Shown here: one piece after another, positions 46,037-58,006 of the stretch
How the letters are laid out: every line of letters begins with the position of its first letter
How positions within the stretch are numbered: the first letter of the stretch is position 1
Source: an uncultured virus (IMG/VR IMGVR_UViG_3300005239_000324)
Lineage: Duplodnaviria > Heunggongvirae > Uroviricota > Caudoviricetes > Crassvirales
IMG/VR virus record: IMGVR_UViG_3300005239_000324
Direction: 5' to 3' (one strand)
DNA length: 64,000 nucleotides
Translations under genes and position numbers: made by a program
The notes under the pieces: model-generated
What the model was told of the DNA's origin: nothing
Databases searched by the model: none
The model's input: only the letters and a program-made list of their open reading frames with translations

Positions 46037-47722
46037 ATGGCTATTAAGATAAATTACTTTAACTCTTTTGTTTTAAAGAAGACCGTTAATAACGTCACTT
46101 CAGGAAACGCAGCGTACCAGCCTGTTTTTCCTGGGCTACCTAACAACCCTACTGATTATCCTACTTTTGGTGCTAATGCTAGTGATGACACTATTAATGT
46201 AATAGGTATTGGTGGTAGAAACTGGATAATAGAAGAAGCTAGAATAAGAGGAGGTTATAATAATACTTCAACTAGTTATGGACCAAGAGCTTATTTAGTA
46301 GAGACTTCTAACGAGCAATCAGTTAGAACAAACGCTTTGATATATTCAGGTGTTTATAACTCAAGAACTGATTTAAACGAAACAAATGTGTTTTCAGTTG
46401 GAGAAGAAATAACAAAAGCTGTAGATCCTAATTATGGCTCTATACAAAAGCTTCATGCTTTAGATAGTAATTTAGCTATATTTCAAGAAAACAAAGTAAG
46501 CAATGCTTTAATAGATAAAGATGCTATTTACTCTGCTGAAGGTGTTGGAAGTCCAGTGAGTTCAACTAACTTAGTAATAGGCCAAATAACTCCTTATGTA
46601 GGAGAATATGGTATAAGTAAAAACCCTGAAAGCTTTGCTTATTATGGCTATAGAAGATATTTTATAGATAAATATAGAAATGCTGTAATGAGATTATCAA
46701 GAGATGGTTTAACTGAAATATCTCAATATGGTATGTCTACTTTCTTTAGAGAAGAGTTTGCTAAAATAAATAGCAATTTTAAAGAATTTACATTTACAGG
46801 TGTTATAGCAGGTTCTGGGTCAAGCCCAGCCAAGCTAACATTAAGTCCTTCAAATGTTTTAACTAACTTAGAAAAAGGCATGTTAGTCTCTATACCTCAA
46901 ACAAGTGGTTCACCTATATCAGCTACTATTACTGGTATAGTTAACACAAATACATTATACTTAAGTAACGATCCTGGAACTCCAAATGTTGGACAAAATG
47001 CTACTTTTACTAAATTTATAAAAGATAGATTATTAGGTGGTTGGGATATTCACAATAAAAACTATGTAGTGTCTATACAAGACAAAAGCGAAGATACTAT
47101 AACGCCTGATACTTATAGCACTTTAAGTTTTGAAGACGATATAAATGGTTGGACTAGTTTTTTTACTTATGAACCTAATTTTGTTGGTAGTTTAAAAAGT
47201 AAATACTATAGTTTTTACGATGCTGAAATATACGAGCATTATGACCAAACACCTGGCCATATTAGAAGTACTTTTTATGGTGTAACTTCTAACTCTAGTG
47301 TAGAATTTATATTTAACGCTAATCCAAGTATAATAAAGAATTTTAAAACTGTTAATTATGAAGGTAGTAACGGTTGGCAAGTTGAGTCATTTTTATCAGA
47401 TGCAGAAGGATTTGATTTACAGTCAAGCGCTCAACAACAATATAACGACTCTGCTAAACTAGTAAGAAGCTATGAAGAAGGTTTATACACAGAAAGTGGT
47501 GTACCTTATAGAGCAGGTTTTAATAGAAAAGAAAATAAATATTTTGCTAATTTAATAAATAATAGCGCAGCTAGACCAGGAGAAGTATTCTTTGGTGATG
47601 CAACTACAGGTATTAAAGGTTATTTAGCAACAGTAAAAGTATCGACAGACGCGACTACAGATCCAGGTGGAACTAAAGAGTTGTTTGCTGTCTCAACAGA
47701 ATTTGTAGTATCATCAAGATAA
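46037..47722 (+). CDS. Tail stabilisation-like protein B (complete, 561 aa)
   Basis: LIYSG.YNSRT..NETNVF, YGSIQKL, FQENKV, GEYGISKNPESFA, MRLSRDGLTEIS, GWTSF. Confidence 0.65.
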   Translation: MAIKINYFNSFVLKKTVNNVTSGNAAYQPVFPGLPNNPTDYPTFGANASDDTINVIGIGGRNWIIEEARIRGGYNNTSTSYGPRAYLVETSNEQSVRTNALIYSGVYNSRTDLNETNVFSVGEEITKAVDPNYGSIQKLHALDSNLAIFQENKVSNALIDKDAIYSAEGVGSPVSSTNLVIGQITPYVGEYGISKNPESFAYYGYRRYFIDKYRNAVMRLSRDGLTEISQYGMSTFFREEFAKINSNFKEFTFTGVIAGSGSSPAKLTLSPSNVLTNLEKGMLVSIPQTSGSPISATITGIVNTNTLYLSNDPGTPNVGQNATFTKFIKDRLLGGWDIHNKNYVVSIQDKSEDTITPDTYSTLSFEDDINGWTSFFTYEPNFVGSLKSKYYSFYDAEIYEHYDQTPGHIRSTFYGVTSNSSVEFIFNANPSIIKNFKTVNYEGSNGWQVESFLSDAEGFDLQSSAQQQYNDSAKLVRSYEEGLYTESGVPYRAGFNRKENKYFANLINNSAARPGEVFFGDATTGIKGYLATVKVSTDATTDPGGTKELFAVSTEFVVSSR

Positions 47723-47732
47723 AATTATAATT

Positions 47733-48512
47733 ATGAGTGGTTTTTTAGATAACTTTAAAGAAGGAACAGGTATAAAACTAGCAGTACAAGGAGCTCAAGT
47801 AGCATGGGCTACTGGCCAAGCAATACATTCCAACATTAAGTATAAAGAAAAAATGGATGCTATAGAAAATTTTCAAAGACAAGAAATAATAAATCCATTT
47901 CAAAATTTATCTAATCCTTATGCTAACTTACAGGTAGCTACTAAAGCTGCAGAGATGCAGGCAGAGCAATCAGATATAGCACTAGCAAACACCTTGGATA
48001 ATTTAAGGGAAACTGGAGCTGGTGGAGCAACTGCTTTAGCTCAAGCTGCTTTAAAATCTAAACAAGGTGTTTCAGCTAGTATACAACAACAAGAAACTCA
48101 AAATCAAAAACTACAAGCTCAAGGACAACAACAAATGGAAATGGCACAAGCTAAAGGGCAATCATTTGCTTTTAATACACAAGAAAGAAGAGACATGAAC
48201 CAGCTTGATAGATTACAAGGTCTGTCAGATATTGAGGCCGCTAGAAGACAGCAAGGTTCTGCAACATTAGTTGGTTCTCTAACTTCAATGGCTAGCGGAG
48301 CTGTTCCGTCTTTTATAAATCCAGAAGCTCAAAATTTTGGAACAACTCAAGATAATTTTGGAACACCTACAATAGACAACAGAAACCTTACTCTTAATGC
48401 TAACATAGGAGCTGATCAAGCTAACAGAAACCAAATAGCAGGTATGCAGTTAGAAGATATTGGAGAAAGTCCTTTATTTGACTTTAACTCAGCTGACGCT
48501 AAAAAATTTTAA
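47733..48512 (+). CDS. Putative internal virion/ejection protein 1, allele 2
   Basis: Central core shared with 42535-43458. Confidence 0.55.
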   Translation: MSGFLDNFKEGTGIKLAVQGAQVAWATGQAIHSNIKYKEKMDAIENFQRQEIINPFQNLSNPYANLQVATKAAEMQAEQSDIALANTLDNLRETGAGGATALAQAALKSKQGVSASIQQQETQNQKLQAQGQQQMEMAQAKGQSFAFNTQERRDMNQLDRLQGLSDIEAARRQQGSATLVGSLTSMASGAVPSFINPEAQNFGTTQDNFGTPTIDNRNLTLNANIGADQANRNQIAGMQLEDIGESPLFDFNSADAKKF

Positions 48513-48523
48513 TAAAATAAATT

Positions 48524-49498
48524 ATGGTAGACGAAGATTACTTTGACGATTTCAACAGGAGAAGACCTAGAAGACAAACTTATAGAGGCTCTTATAGAAA
48601 CCCAGGCTCAAGCCAGTTTTTTGATCCATCAGCTGATATATTAGCAGGTATTGAATCTGTTGAAAAAACTATTGGTGATAGAAAAACAGCTGTTAGAGAC
48701 TTTGAAAATGCAGCAGCAGTAAGAAGACAAGAAACTTTAGATAGTCTTAGAGAGACTGAAGGCATGTCAGATACTACAGCTATAGATAGCTTACAACAGC
48801 AGTTAATGAATGAAGTTGATGAACTTTATAAATTAGATATAGCTTCTTTTGAAGGAGATAGATCTGCTTATTTAAAAAAAGCTGGTGAAGTTAATAAAAT
48901 AGTAGAGACTATACCTGCTTTAATGGGTTTAATAGATGCTGAAGGAGAGACTTTAAAAGAAAATCAATCGTCAAGCCAAGACTTTTTCAAAAAGCTTCTT
49001 AGAAGTAACGATCCTAATTATTATGACTTCGTCGATGCAGCTAGTAAAGGTGGTCCGGGTGTTTCTTTTAGAACTCAAAACGGAAATATAATAGCTCAGT
49101 TAAATGGTAAAGATATTTTTAACGGAAATGCATATGTTAAAGCTAAAAAAGATGGTTTTGATTTAGTTAAATACGCAGGTGATTATACTCCTCAAATAAA
49201 CGAAGCAGACGCTTTAGCTTATAAAGGATTAGAAAATTTAGTTAGCAAAGAAGTCACTGAAAAAGTAAATAAAGGAATAGAATTAGTTGGTGAAGAAAAA
49301 ACAAACTATACTTTAGCCAAACAAAAGTATGAAGAAAGATTAAGAAGTGGTAATATACCTATACCAGTTAATGAATCTACATATCAAATGTTTGGTAATT
49401 ATGGTAAGGTTGATTCTAAAAAGAAAAATACTTGGGGAAAAGATTTAAAAGATCCCTGGGGAAAAGATTTAAAAGTTCAAGAAGGAGCAACTAGAGAA
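48524..49498 (+). CDS. Putative internal virion protein 2, divergent allele (3' truncated)
   Basis: Follows ejection protein 1; YRGSYRNP near N-terminus. Confidence 0.5.
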
Positions 49499-49518
49499 NN
49501 NNNNNNNNNNNNNNNNNN

Positions 49519-50689
49519 AAGATTATCTGGTAAAGAAGTTATATCATCTCAAGAGTTTATAAGAGACAACAGTAAAATGCTTTACGACTTACTTCCTGAT
49601 GGTGTAGCTGGAGAAGGAGCTAAAGAAGGTGTTAGAGGTACGTCTACTGGAGTTCAAACCGTATTGCTAAATGAGTTTTATGCAAAGGGTGAAAGAGCTA
49701 AAACAGGTCCTGGCTTAACTAAGCAAACTAAAAAACCTTTTAATAAAGAAAAGTTTGAAGAGTATTTTGGCATAAGTAGTGACAAGCTGCAGACATTAAA
49801 AGAAAACGGTAAAATAGATCAAAGAGTAAAAGCTTTAATACATCAAACAGGAAAAGCTATAACTAATAGAACTATAAGAAAGAAAGATGGTTTAACAGTT
49901 AACGAAAAAGAAAACTTATCTTCTGGTAAATCGCCAGCTATGGCTTCTAAACCTATATTTATAGAAAGTATAGAGAGAATAAAGAATATTACTCAAGAGC
50001 AAAGATTAAAAGCTTTAGCTTATTTAAGAGATGAAGGTAGAGACATAGTAGATTTAAATGATATATCTGAAATAATAAGAAAAACAGGTATGTCTGAGAA
50101 AGGAGTTCAGGAAGTTTTAAGCTCTTTTGAGAAAATTATAAATGATCCAACAAACAACAAAGAAATTAAAAGACTAGTAGAAGAGAGAGATGTTAAAGAT
50201 TTTGATGCTTACGTTAAAGATTTATCTGAAACGACTGGTTTAACTATAGAAGACTCTAAAATATTTGCTGAAAAAGAATTAGGAGATTATAAAAAGCTTT
50301 ATGAAGAGTTAAATGTTGAATACCAAGGAGCAAGACCTAAACAAGGTTTTAAGTACAAGACCGTTGCAATAACTGATAAAAATATAAAAGAATATCAAAA
50401 TACTATTAAAAAAATATTTAAAGATTTAGATTTAGACATGTTAGAAGCCGAAAATAGCACTGTTTTTAGCTACATAATAAATTCTTTAAATTCTAAAAGT
50501 ATGCTAAAGTTTAGAGACTATACTGGTCATGGTGGTAAATTTAAAAATGGAGACACTATGACTAAGAAAACTTTTGGAGTTGAATCTAATCCTGAGTTTA
50601 TAAGAAAAATACTTGAAGATCCTAATTTTGGTAAAGTAAAGAATAAAGAAAAAACTGAAAAATATTTAGAAAAAACTAAATACGCTTTT
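49519..50689 (+). CDS. Fragment of giant internal virion protein
   Basis: Fully open K/E-rich frame across the fragment. Confidence 0.5.
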
Positions 50690-50709
50690 NNNNNNNNNNN
50701 NNNNNNNNN

Positions 50710-52232
50710 AAAATGAAAGAAACTTTAGATCCTAGGTTTTTTGTTAGATTAGAAAGTCAAGCTAAACCTGAAAATAGAATATTTACTAAACCACCAAAAC
50801 GTTTAACTAAAAAAGCGGACATAGATGCTGCTTTATTAAGCGATAAAGTTTATGTGGAAAACTTAGAACAAGGCGTAAATATATATGAGTTTAAAGATTT
50901 TACTCCTAAACAATTATCAGATTATATATTGGCACCAACTATAAGCCCTACCACAGGAGCTAAGAGTGGGTTAAGAGGTACTAGAAAAACAGCTTTTGCA
51001 GAAGGTTTAGTTGATAGAATAACTAGAGATGCTACTCCACAAAACCTTAAAAGAATAGGTAAAGAAACTGGTGAAATAGCTGAGATCAGTAAGAAAATGC
51101 AAGTTGATCCATCGACTATAATGGCATCTAAAGACTTAACAAGAACTCTTATAAAGGCTTTTAAACAAATTAAAAAAACTGGAAAACTAGATAAAAAAGA
51201 ATTATTAAAAGGCATAACTTTAGATTGGGAAATAAAAGCTATAGAAGACTTAAGTGAACGTAGATTTAAAATAGCTGTAGATAACAATATAGTTAAGCTA
51301 TCTGACTTAGAGAAACTAAAAAAACTAGACTTAGAAGGTGATGTAAGGTTTTTTAACGAAGCAGCTTTAGAAACTATAGCTTTAAAAGAAGGCATATCTA
51401 TACCCGAAGCTAGAGAAAGATACATGGGGGAAGTTGTTTCTTTAATAAAAAACGGTAAAGAATTAAAAGCTAGTATAAAAGGAACTATTTATAGATCACG
51501 TGAAGAAAGAGCAGAACCTAAAAACTTTAAAAAATCTAAACCTTATTATATAGATTTTATTGAAAGATTAATACCTAAAGGATCTTCTTTCAGTGAATTA
51601 CCAAATTCTTATCAAAAAATGATAATGAGTACTATAGGAATGGGTGATCATAAAGGTAGAACTAATGGTAGAAAATTTACTTTTAAAGAATACAATCTTA
51701 AAGATGGTAATTATATCGATTTACTAGAAGCTGTTTACGATATAAAAGAAGCTAGCTTAAAAGGTAAAGGACCTTCTATTAATTCTTTTGCTGGTGATAT
51801 AAACATACCATCACCAGGCGGTAGTAAGTTAAAAGCTTCTGATGCTGAAATAAAATCAAGTAGTATAGTTGATTTCCAAGCTGAAGCTGCTAAAGCTATA
51901 TTAGGTAGGGGTCAGGTTAGTGTTGACGCTGTTTTAGATGCTAATAAAGCAGCATTGCAAAATGTTTATAATGCAGCAAAAGAAGTTATTAAAAGTGCTA
52001 AAAATCCTATAGAAGCTTTAGATCATATGATAGATTTAATGTTAGAGCAAACTAATAGATCTATTGGAGGAATAAAAGGATTAGCAGGTGTAGAAAGCAT
52101 TACAATGGAAGGAATGAGAGGTTCTAATCCGGAAAGAACTAAAGAGCTTCACAACGAACACTTAACTGAATTGTTCACTATGACTAAAGACTTTGGTAGA
52201 ATGATGGAAAGATTTATTAAAGGTGAACAGTC
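50710..52232 (+). CDS. Fragment of giant internal virion protein
   Basis: Fully open frame; IMASK junction and LHNEH motif. Confidence 0.5.
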
Positions 52233-52252
52233 NNNNNNNNNNNNNNNNNNNN

Positions 52253-54249
52253 ATATTTTATCTCTTTCGTCTCTGGCAATGGTAATAATGGCTACTGGCA
52301 ATTAACAGTTTCTTCAGGTTTATTATCTGATGGGAATTGGCATCACCATTGTTTATCAAGAAACGGTGTTACTATAAATTACTATATAGACGGAACATTA
52401 CAAACCAATGTGACAAATAATACATTAAATGCTTCTGCTGGAACTAATACAACTATAGAGAAGAGTATGGCGCGTTCAAATGGAACTTCCTTTGCAAGTG
52501 GCGAACTTTCAAATGTTTCATTATATAATACCGCTTTAACAGGTCCTCAAGTTTCCACTTTATTTAACTTTGGTACTCCAGAAACAGCTATATCTTTTTT
52601 CTTCTATTAGTTGGTGGAAGCTAGATAATACCACAAACTGGGACTATTAGATTCCGGTTTCAGCTAGTAAATAAACGGTACAAAACAGCAATCCAGGGAG
52701 CTACACAAAACGACAAACTTTCTGTCGCCGTTGTCCCATCTTGGAAAAATACCCAGATGCTTTCAGGAAACAGTAAAATGGGAGTAAAGTACAAACTTTT
52801 ACCAAAGTACAGCTTTACAACAAAAGTGATTTTACAATTTTGATTCACCCTTATAGTAACTATAGTTTAAGTTTTGATGGTATTAATGACGCTATTAATA
52901 TATCAAACAACTCAGTTTTTAATTTAGGAACTTCTTTTACTATAAGTGGATGGTTTAATGTAACATCATACGTTTCTAATATGGGGTATATTAGCTTTGA
53001 TAGTTCAACAAGAGGTTGGTTTTTATTTCATCAAAACACAAACTTAGCTTTATACGATGGAACATCTGTTACAACTTTAAACTCAAATTTGCAACCAACT
53101 AACGAGTGGAATAGTTATATAATAACTTATGATGGAACAGATTTAATATTTTATTTAAACGGACAACAAAATAGTACACAATCAGTTTCAATTAATTTAC
53201 AAACTAATGGAAATGATGGACAAATAGGTAATCAACAATTTGCTGCTGGAAGGTTTTACAATGGCAAAATAGACGAAACAGCTTTATGGAGCACAGCTTT
53301 AACAAGCGCTCAAGTATTAGAAATATATAATAATGGTAGACCAAAAGATTTAACTACTTTCTCTGGAACCGCCCCTATTTCTTGGTGGAGACTTGGTGAA
53401 AATGCTTATTTCCAAGATTCAACTTTAGTTTTACCTAACTCAATTACTGGAGCACCTAATGGTAATGCTGCTACCAATAATTTAGAGATGATTTCAGCTG
53501 ATGCACCTGGAACTTACGCGAATGGTATAGGAGAAAATTTAGATATCTTAGATCGTGTAGGAGACGCTCCTTTATCAGTTGCTAACTCTCAGAGTTATAA
53601 TATGATTCCAAGTGATATTAGCCCTTATGTACCTCAATATGTTGGAGATCAAATAGCTAATACAGCTTCTATGACTTTTAACGGAGTGGATTCTTTCTTT
53701 GATATTGGAAACGTAGATTTAGGAATTAACTCTACTTTATCAATGTGGTTTAAGCCTGGAACTAATCCAACTGTAAATGATTACGCTTTAATTGGTGAAG
53801 GTTCTAATGGTTTTGATTATGTAATTAGAAAACAAAGTGGATCATTTTATGTTTGGGTTGGATCTAGTTTTCACAATTATGGATCAGTAATTGCTAACAA
53901 TATAAACGTTGGTGGTTGGAATTTTTTGGCAATACAGAAAGTTGGAGACACAATAACTGTTTATTTGAAAAATACAAATGGAGAATTTGAAGCAACAGCT
54001 ACTATATCTGGATGGGCTACAACTTCTATGACTTTTGATAGAATAGGTGCTAGAACCATATCTCCAGTAGCACAAACGTTTAGTGGCCAAATAGATGAAG
54101 TAGCAGGTTTTAGCGAGGCTTTAACGCCTGACCAAATTAAGTTTGATCTATATGAGCCTTCATTACCTTTAAGTAGCAATAAAACAGCAGATATAGCTAA
54201 TAATCCAAACCTACCTAATCCGGTAGCTTGGTACAGAATGGGAGATTAA
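52253..54249 (+). CDS. Multi-LamG fibre protein (5' truncated; many frameshifts in about 52590-52850)
   Basis: Three LamG modules; linkers shared with 14138-15702; ends PVAWYRMGD. Confidence 0.8.
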
Positions 54250-54261
54250 TAAAATAAAAAT

Positions 54262-55362
54262 ATGAGTACAAAGTTTTTAAGTCCAGACTGGCGAATGCCA
54301 AGAAATGCTAATCAGAGCAAGCAAAACAACTATTCATTGCATTTTACACGCAGTCCATTAACGCGTGTGCACCTAGGAGACGCTTTAAATTTTTTTATAG
54401 GTAGTTTTTCTGCTTCAATGTGGATAAAATCTCCAGATAATGGTAAAGAGTTTTTTTCAAGATATATTAGCGGTAATGGAGTTGGTAACTTTAGAATAGG
54501 TTGTGGTGCTAATAGTGGAGCTACGGCTAATACTGTATCTTTAATGACAAAAAATATTCTTTTATCAGGTTCTACTGATATTAGAGATGGTAATTGGCAC
54601 CACATATGTGTTACCATGGATGCTATTAGTAGCACTCAATATACTAGGACTATATATGTAGATGGAAGTCAGGATGCTCAAGACACTGTAACATTAGCTA
54701 CTTATGTGTCTACAAGTTCTTCTTATGGATTAAACTTAGGTTGTAATTTTCAAAATAACGGACATAATACCGTAGATATGTCAGAAGTAGCCATTTTCGA
54801 CTACGCTCTTTCTGCAAGCCAAGTAACAACCTTACATGGTAATTCAACTAATGGAGTAGGTAATCCGATGGCTTTACCAAGAACACCTATCGCTTATTAT
54901 CCTTTAGGTACATCTGCTTGGAATGGACAGTATTTAGCAGAAAACAATGCTATTGGAGATTATGTTTTTGATAATATAATTAGTAGTAGAATATTTACAC
55001 CTATAAATGTTAGTAATTTAACTAACGTTACACAATCAGTTTGGTTTAAAACAAGCACTAATGCACAATCAAATAAACAAATATTTTTTGTTGGTCAATA
55101 TGGCACTTTTGTTCTACAACTTTTTGGAACTGACACTTTAAGAGCTGGTGTTACGGTAAATCCTTTAACTCAAACATATCCAAGTTTAACGTTTAATTAT
55201 GCTGATGGTAAATGGCATCAATATATAATGAATTATGATGGTTCACATGTTAAACTATATATCGATGGAGTTTTAAGAATAAAAACAGCAAGAACTGGAA
55301 CTTTAAGAGATGAGCCAACTTATTTCACAACCATAGGAAACATACAAGGAACTAGCTCAAAT
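54262..55362 (+). CDS. LamG fibre protein (3' truncated), allele of 17828-18624
   Basis: MSTKFLSPDWRMPRNANQSKQ; RDGNWHHI; IAYYPLGTSAWNGQYLAENNAIGDYVFD. Confidence 0.85.
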
Positions 55363-55384
55363 NNNNNNNNNNNNNNNNNNNNTC

Positions 55385-55645
55385 TCATTGTTTTATTTTT
55401 ATTATAAGATAAACATTAGAAAACATTATACTTATTAAAACAATAGCTGCATATATTATAGCATCACCTAAATAAGGTTTAACTGCTAAAGTAAATGCAG
55501 ATAAAGTTACCATTTTAATAAATAAACTTCCGTACATAATACCATAGCCGGCTTTTTCAAACCGACTAGTTAGTATTATTACCATAAATGTTATTACAAG
55601 AACCAGTATTGCAGCAACAAGTCCGTATACAGCTGATGCTATCAT
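55385..55645 (-). CDS. Small integral membrane protein (about 3 TM)
   Basis: 86 aa, almost wholly hydrophobic; overlaps nrdJ stop. Confidence 0.7.
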   Translation of the reverse strand: MIASAVYGLVAAILVLVITFMVIILTSRFEKAGYGIMYGSLFIKMVTLSAFTLAVKPYLGDAIIYAAIVLISIMFSNVYLIIKIKQ

Positions 55646-56553
55646 TTTATTTCACAACCGTCTGCACCGCAAGCAATCTCTCCAGCAAGATCTGTTTCAT
55701 CTTCTGTTTCAACGATCTTACTAAGATCAACATCTTTAAGATGTGTCATTGCCATGTCATATTGCACTTTGCTTATATCTTCAAATGGTGCTTGAGTATA
55801 AGTACCACCATCATAAGGAAGTACAGATAAACCGTTATAATGATCTCTATTTTCCCACATCCATTTTCCAGCTTGATCCCACTCTGTTTGCTTTAAACTA
55901 ACAGTAGCTGAAACATTATGAGTATTAGATCCTTTTCTATGACCAGGCTTAACCCATTCAGTAGCCACCTTCTTTATTCTTTCAAGTAAATCAAATGGTG
56001 ATTCATGTCTTAATATAGAATTTTTAGGTGCTTTCTGTGGTATACTAATCACAGCAGTATCATGAGGTCTAAAAAACTCATCTTCAACTAGCTCAGGATG
56101 ATTTGCAATTAAATACTTATACATAGATTCGTTTTTACCAACTCTGATTCTACGCGTATAATAATCATTATGCCATGCATGAATACCAGATGAAGTTCCT
56201 AATGCCAGAGATGTCGTCCCAGCAGGCTTCACGGTTGTACATCTTGCAGCTGGATTAATACCAATGGCTTTAGCTGTCTTTGTATTCTCTCTTTTTACTA
56301 TACTTGCAGCGGCCTTCATATCCAACGGCAGCACAGCGGCACTCGCGATTCCTGTCATTGATACACCGATAAGGGCGTCCTTCTCTGTCGTATCTCTCCA
56401 TACATCTCTTAAATAATGAAAGTCAGTGTAACCAGCTTGTAGTGTACCTATAAAGCTTGCTTTTCTAACTCTATCGTTAAAGTCCTCTTGTGATTCAATA
56501 TCACTAGCATTTACCTCACATAAGTTACAAAACTGAAAAGGTCTTAATGCTAT
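55642..56553 (-). CDS. nrdJ: Class II (B12-dependent) ribonucleotide reductase, C-terminal part
   Basis: Frame open from 56553: IALRPFQFCNLCEVN, GTLQAGYTDFHYLR, CTTVKPAGTTS, HNVSAT, GLSVLPY, QAPFE, C-terminal CGADGC redox pair. Confidence 0.9.
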   Translation of the reverse strand: MALRPFQFCNLCEVNASDIESQEDFNDRVRKASFIGTLQAGYTDFHYLRDVWRDTTEKDALIGVSMTGIASAAVLPLDMKAAASIVKRENTKTAKAIGINPAARCTTVKPAGTTSLALGTSSGIHAWHNDYYTRRIRVGKNESMYKYLIANHPELVEDEFFRPHDTAVISIPQKAPKNSILRHESPFDLLERIKKVATEWVKPGHRKGSNTHNVSATVSLKQTEWDQAGKWMWENRDHYNGLSVLPYDGGTYTQAPFEDISKVQYDMAMTHLKDVDLSKIVETEDETDLAGEIACGADGCEIK

Positions 56554-56573
56554 NNNNNNNNNNNNNNNNNNNN

Positions 56574-57986
56574 AAAATTAACAAAAGAAGAAGAAGTTAG
56601 ATTTAAAGAAGCTCAAGCTTCTTTGTTTTTATTATACGAAAACCAAAAAAATAATCAAAAAGATTTAGAACTAGAAGCTGAAAGATTACTTACTAGTATT
56701 AAAACTTTTGAAGAGAAAAAACGTGGAGAAAAAATATCACAAGCCGAGTTGTTTAATGTTGCTTTTAAAGAATATGGTTTAGGTGATATAATTAAAAAAG
56801 ATTTTAACGATGCTACAGCTCAATTACTTTTAGCGGTTCCTACTTTAGCGAACTCTGATTGGGCTATTGAGCAGCAAAGAAAGCTAGACGCTAAAGAAAA
56901 AACGTTTGAAACGCCTTTAACTTACGATCAAGCTTTAGAACAAGATCAAGGAGGAAGATTTTTATTGAGAACAGGTGCTCAACAAGCACCTAATATGATA
57001 TTGGCTATTGGAACTGCTGGAGCTGGAAATGCTTTAGGTCTTTCTAAAATAGCAACTCAAATAGCCGTAGGTTCTCAATTTGGAGTATCCTCTGGTGCTG
57101 ATAAATTTAGAAGGTTAGAACTAGGCACAGAATTGGTTGAAGCCGCTAAAAGTCAAAGAAATCAAATACAAGACGCTTATGATCTAGGTTTTATAGATGA
57201 CAAGAAGTATAATAATTCAATGCTAGAAGTTAATAAAGTTATAGCTATGAATGATTTAACTGATGATCAAATAATTGGCGCATCTATAGCTACCGGAATA
57301 ATAGAAGGTACTTTTACTTCGTTTTTAGGTACAGCACCTAACTCTTTAAAAGCTATTAAAGATTTTTCTAAAGGAACTAGAACATTAGCTGATTACGCAT
57401 ACAGCTCAAGGTTAGCTCAGTTTGGATATGCAGGTAAAGAACTCGGTAAAAGAGTTGGTTCAGAAGTATTAGAAGAAGAAGGTATATTTTTTGGTGATCA
57501 AATAGTTAGTGAAGGTTTAATACTCGGTAGAGATATGGACTTTAGCCAATGGGATGATACTGCTGTCGCTGCTATAGTTATGTCAGGTGCTATGAGTGGA
57601 CCAGGTGTTGCTTATTCAGCAATGGCTAATAATACTGCTGGTAAAAAACTAAAGGAAAACATTGATGAAATAAATAAAGAAATAGAAGGTTTTAGTTTAG
57701 CTTTAAAAACTGAACAAGATCCTGAAATAAAGGAAATAATAACAGCTTCTATGTCTCAAAAACTAAAGGACTTAAGTGCTCTTACTAATGGTTTAGAAGT
57801 TGAAATGATAGCTTTAGGTTCTGAAAACCAAAAGAAACTATTAGCATTTAACTCTGTAGAGAATAGCATACTAGCCGAAGCTGGTGTTAAACCAACAGAT
57901 TCTGAAACAACTAAAAATGAAAAAATACAGATTTATAGAGATAACTTAATAAAAGAAGGTAAGAAAAATAAAGCTGAAGATTTTGA
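56574..57986 (+). CDS. Fragment of giant internal virion protein with hydrophobic G/A-rich segments
   Basis: Open frame; MILAIGTAGAG and SEVLEEEG patterns suggest an ejection-type protein. Confidence 0.5.
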
Positions 57987-58006
57987 NNNNNNNNNNNNNN
58001 NNNNNN

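Noticed and set aside
49432..49474. Direct repeat tggggaaaagatttaaaag x2 (WGKDLK)
   Set aside because: Single in-frame 24-nt duplication with no sign of wider significance
52590..52850. Pseudogene or programmed frameshifting in a LamG gene
   Set aside because: Versus 14877-14950 the differences are mostly extra bases in homopolymers, typical of read error
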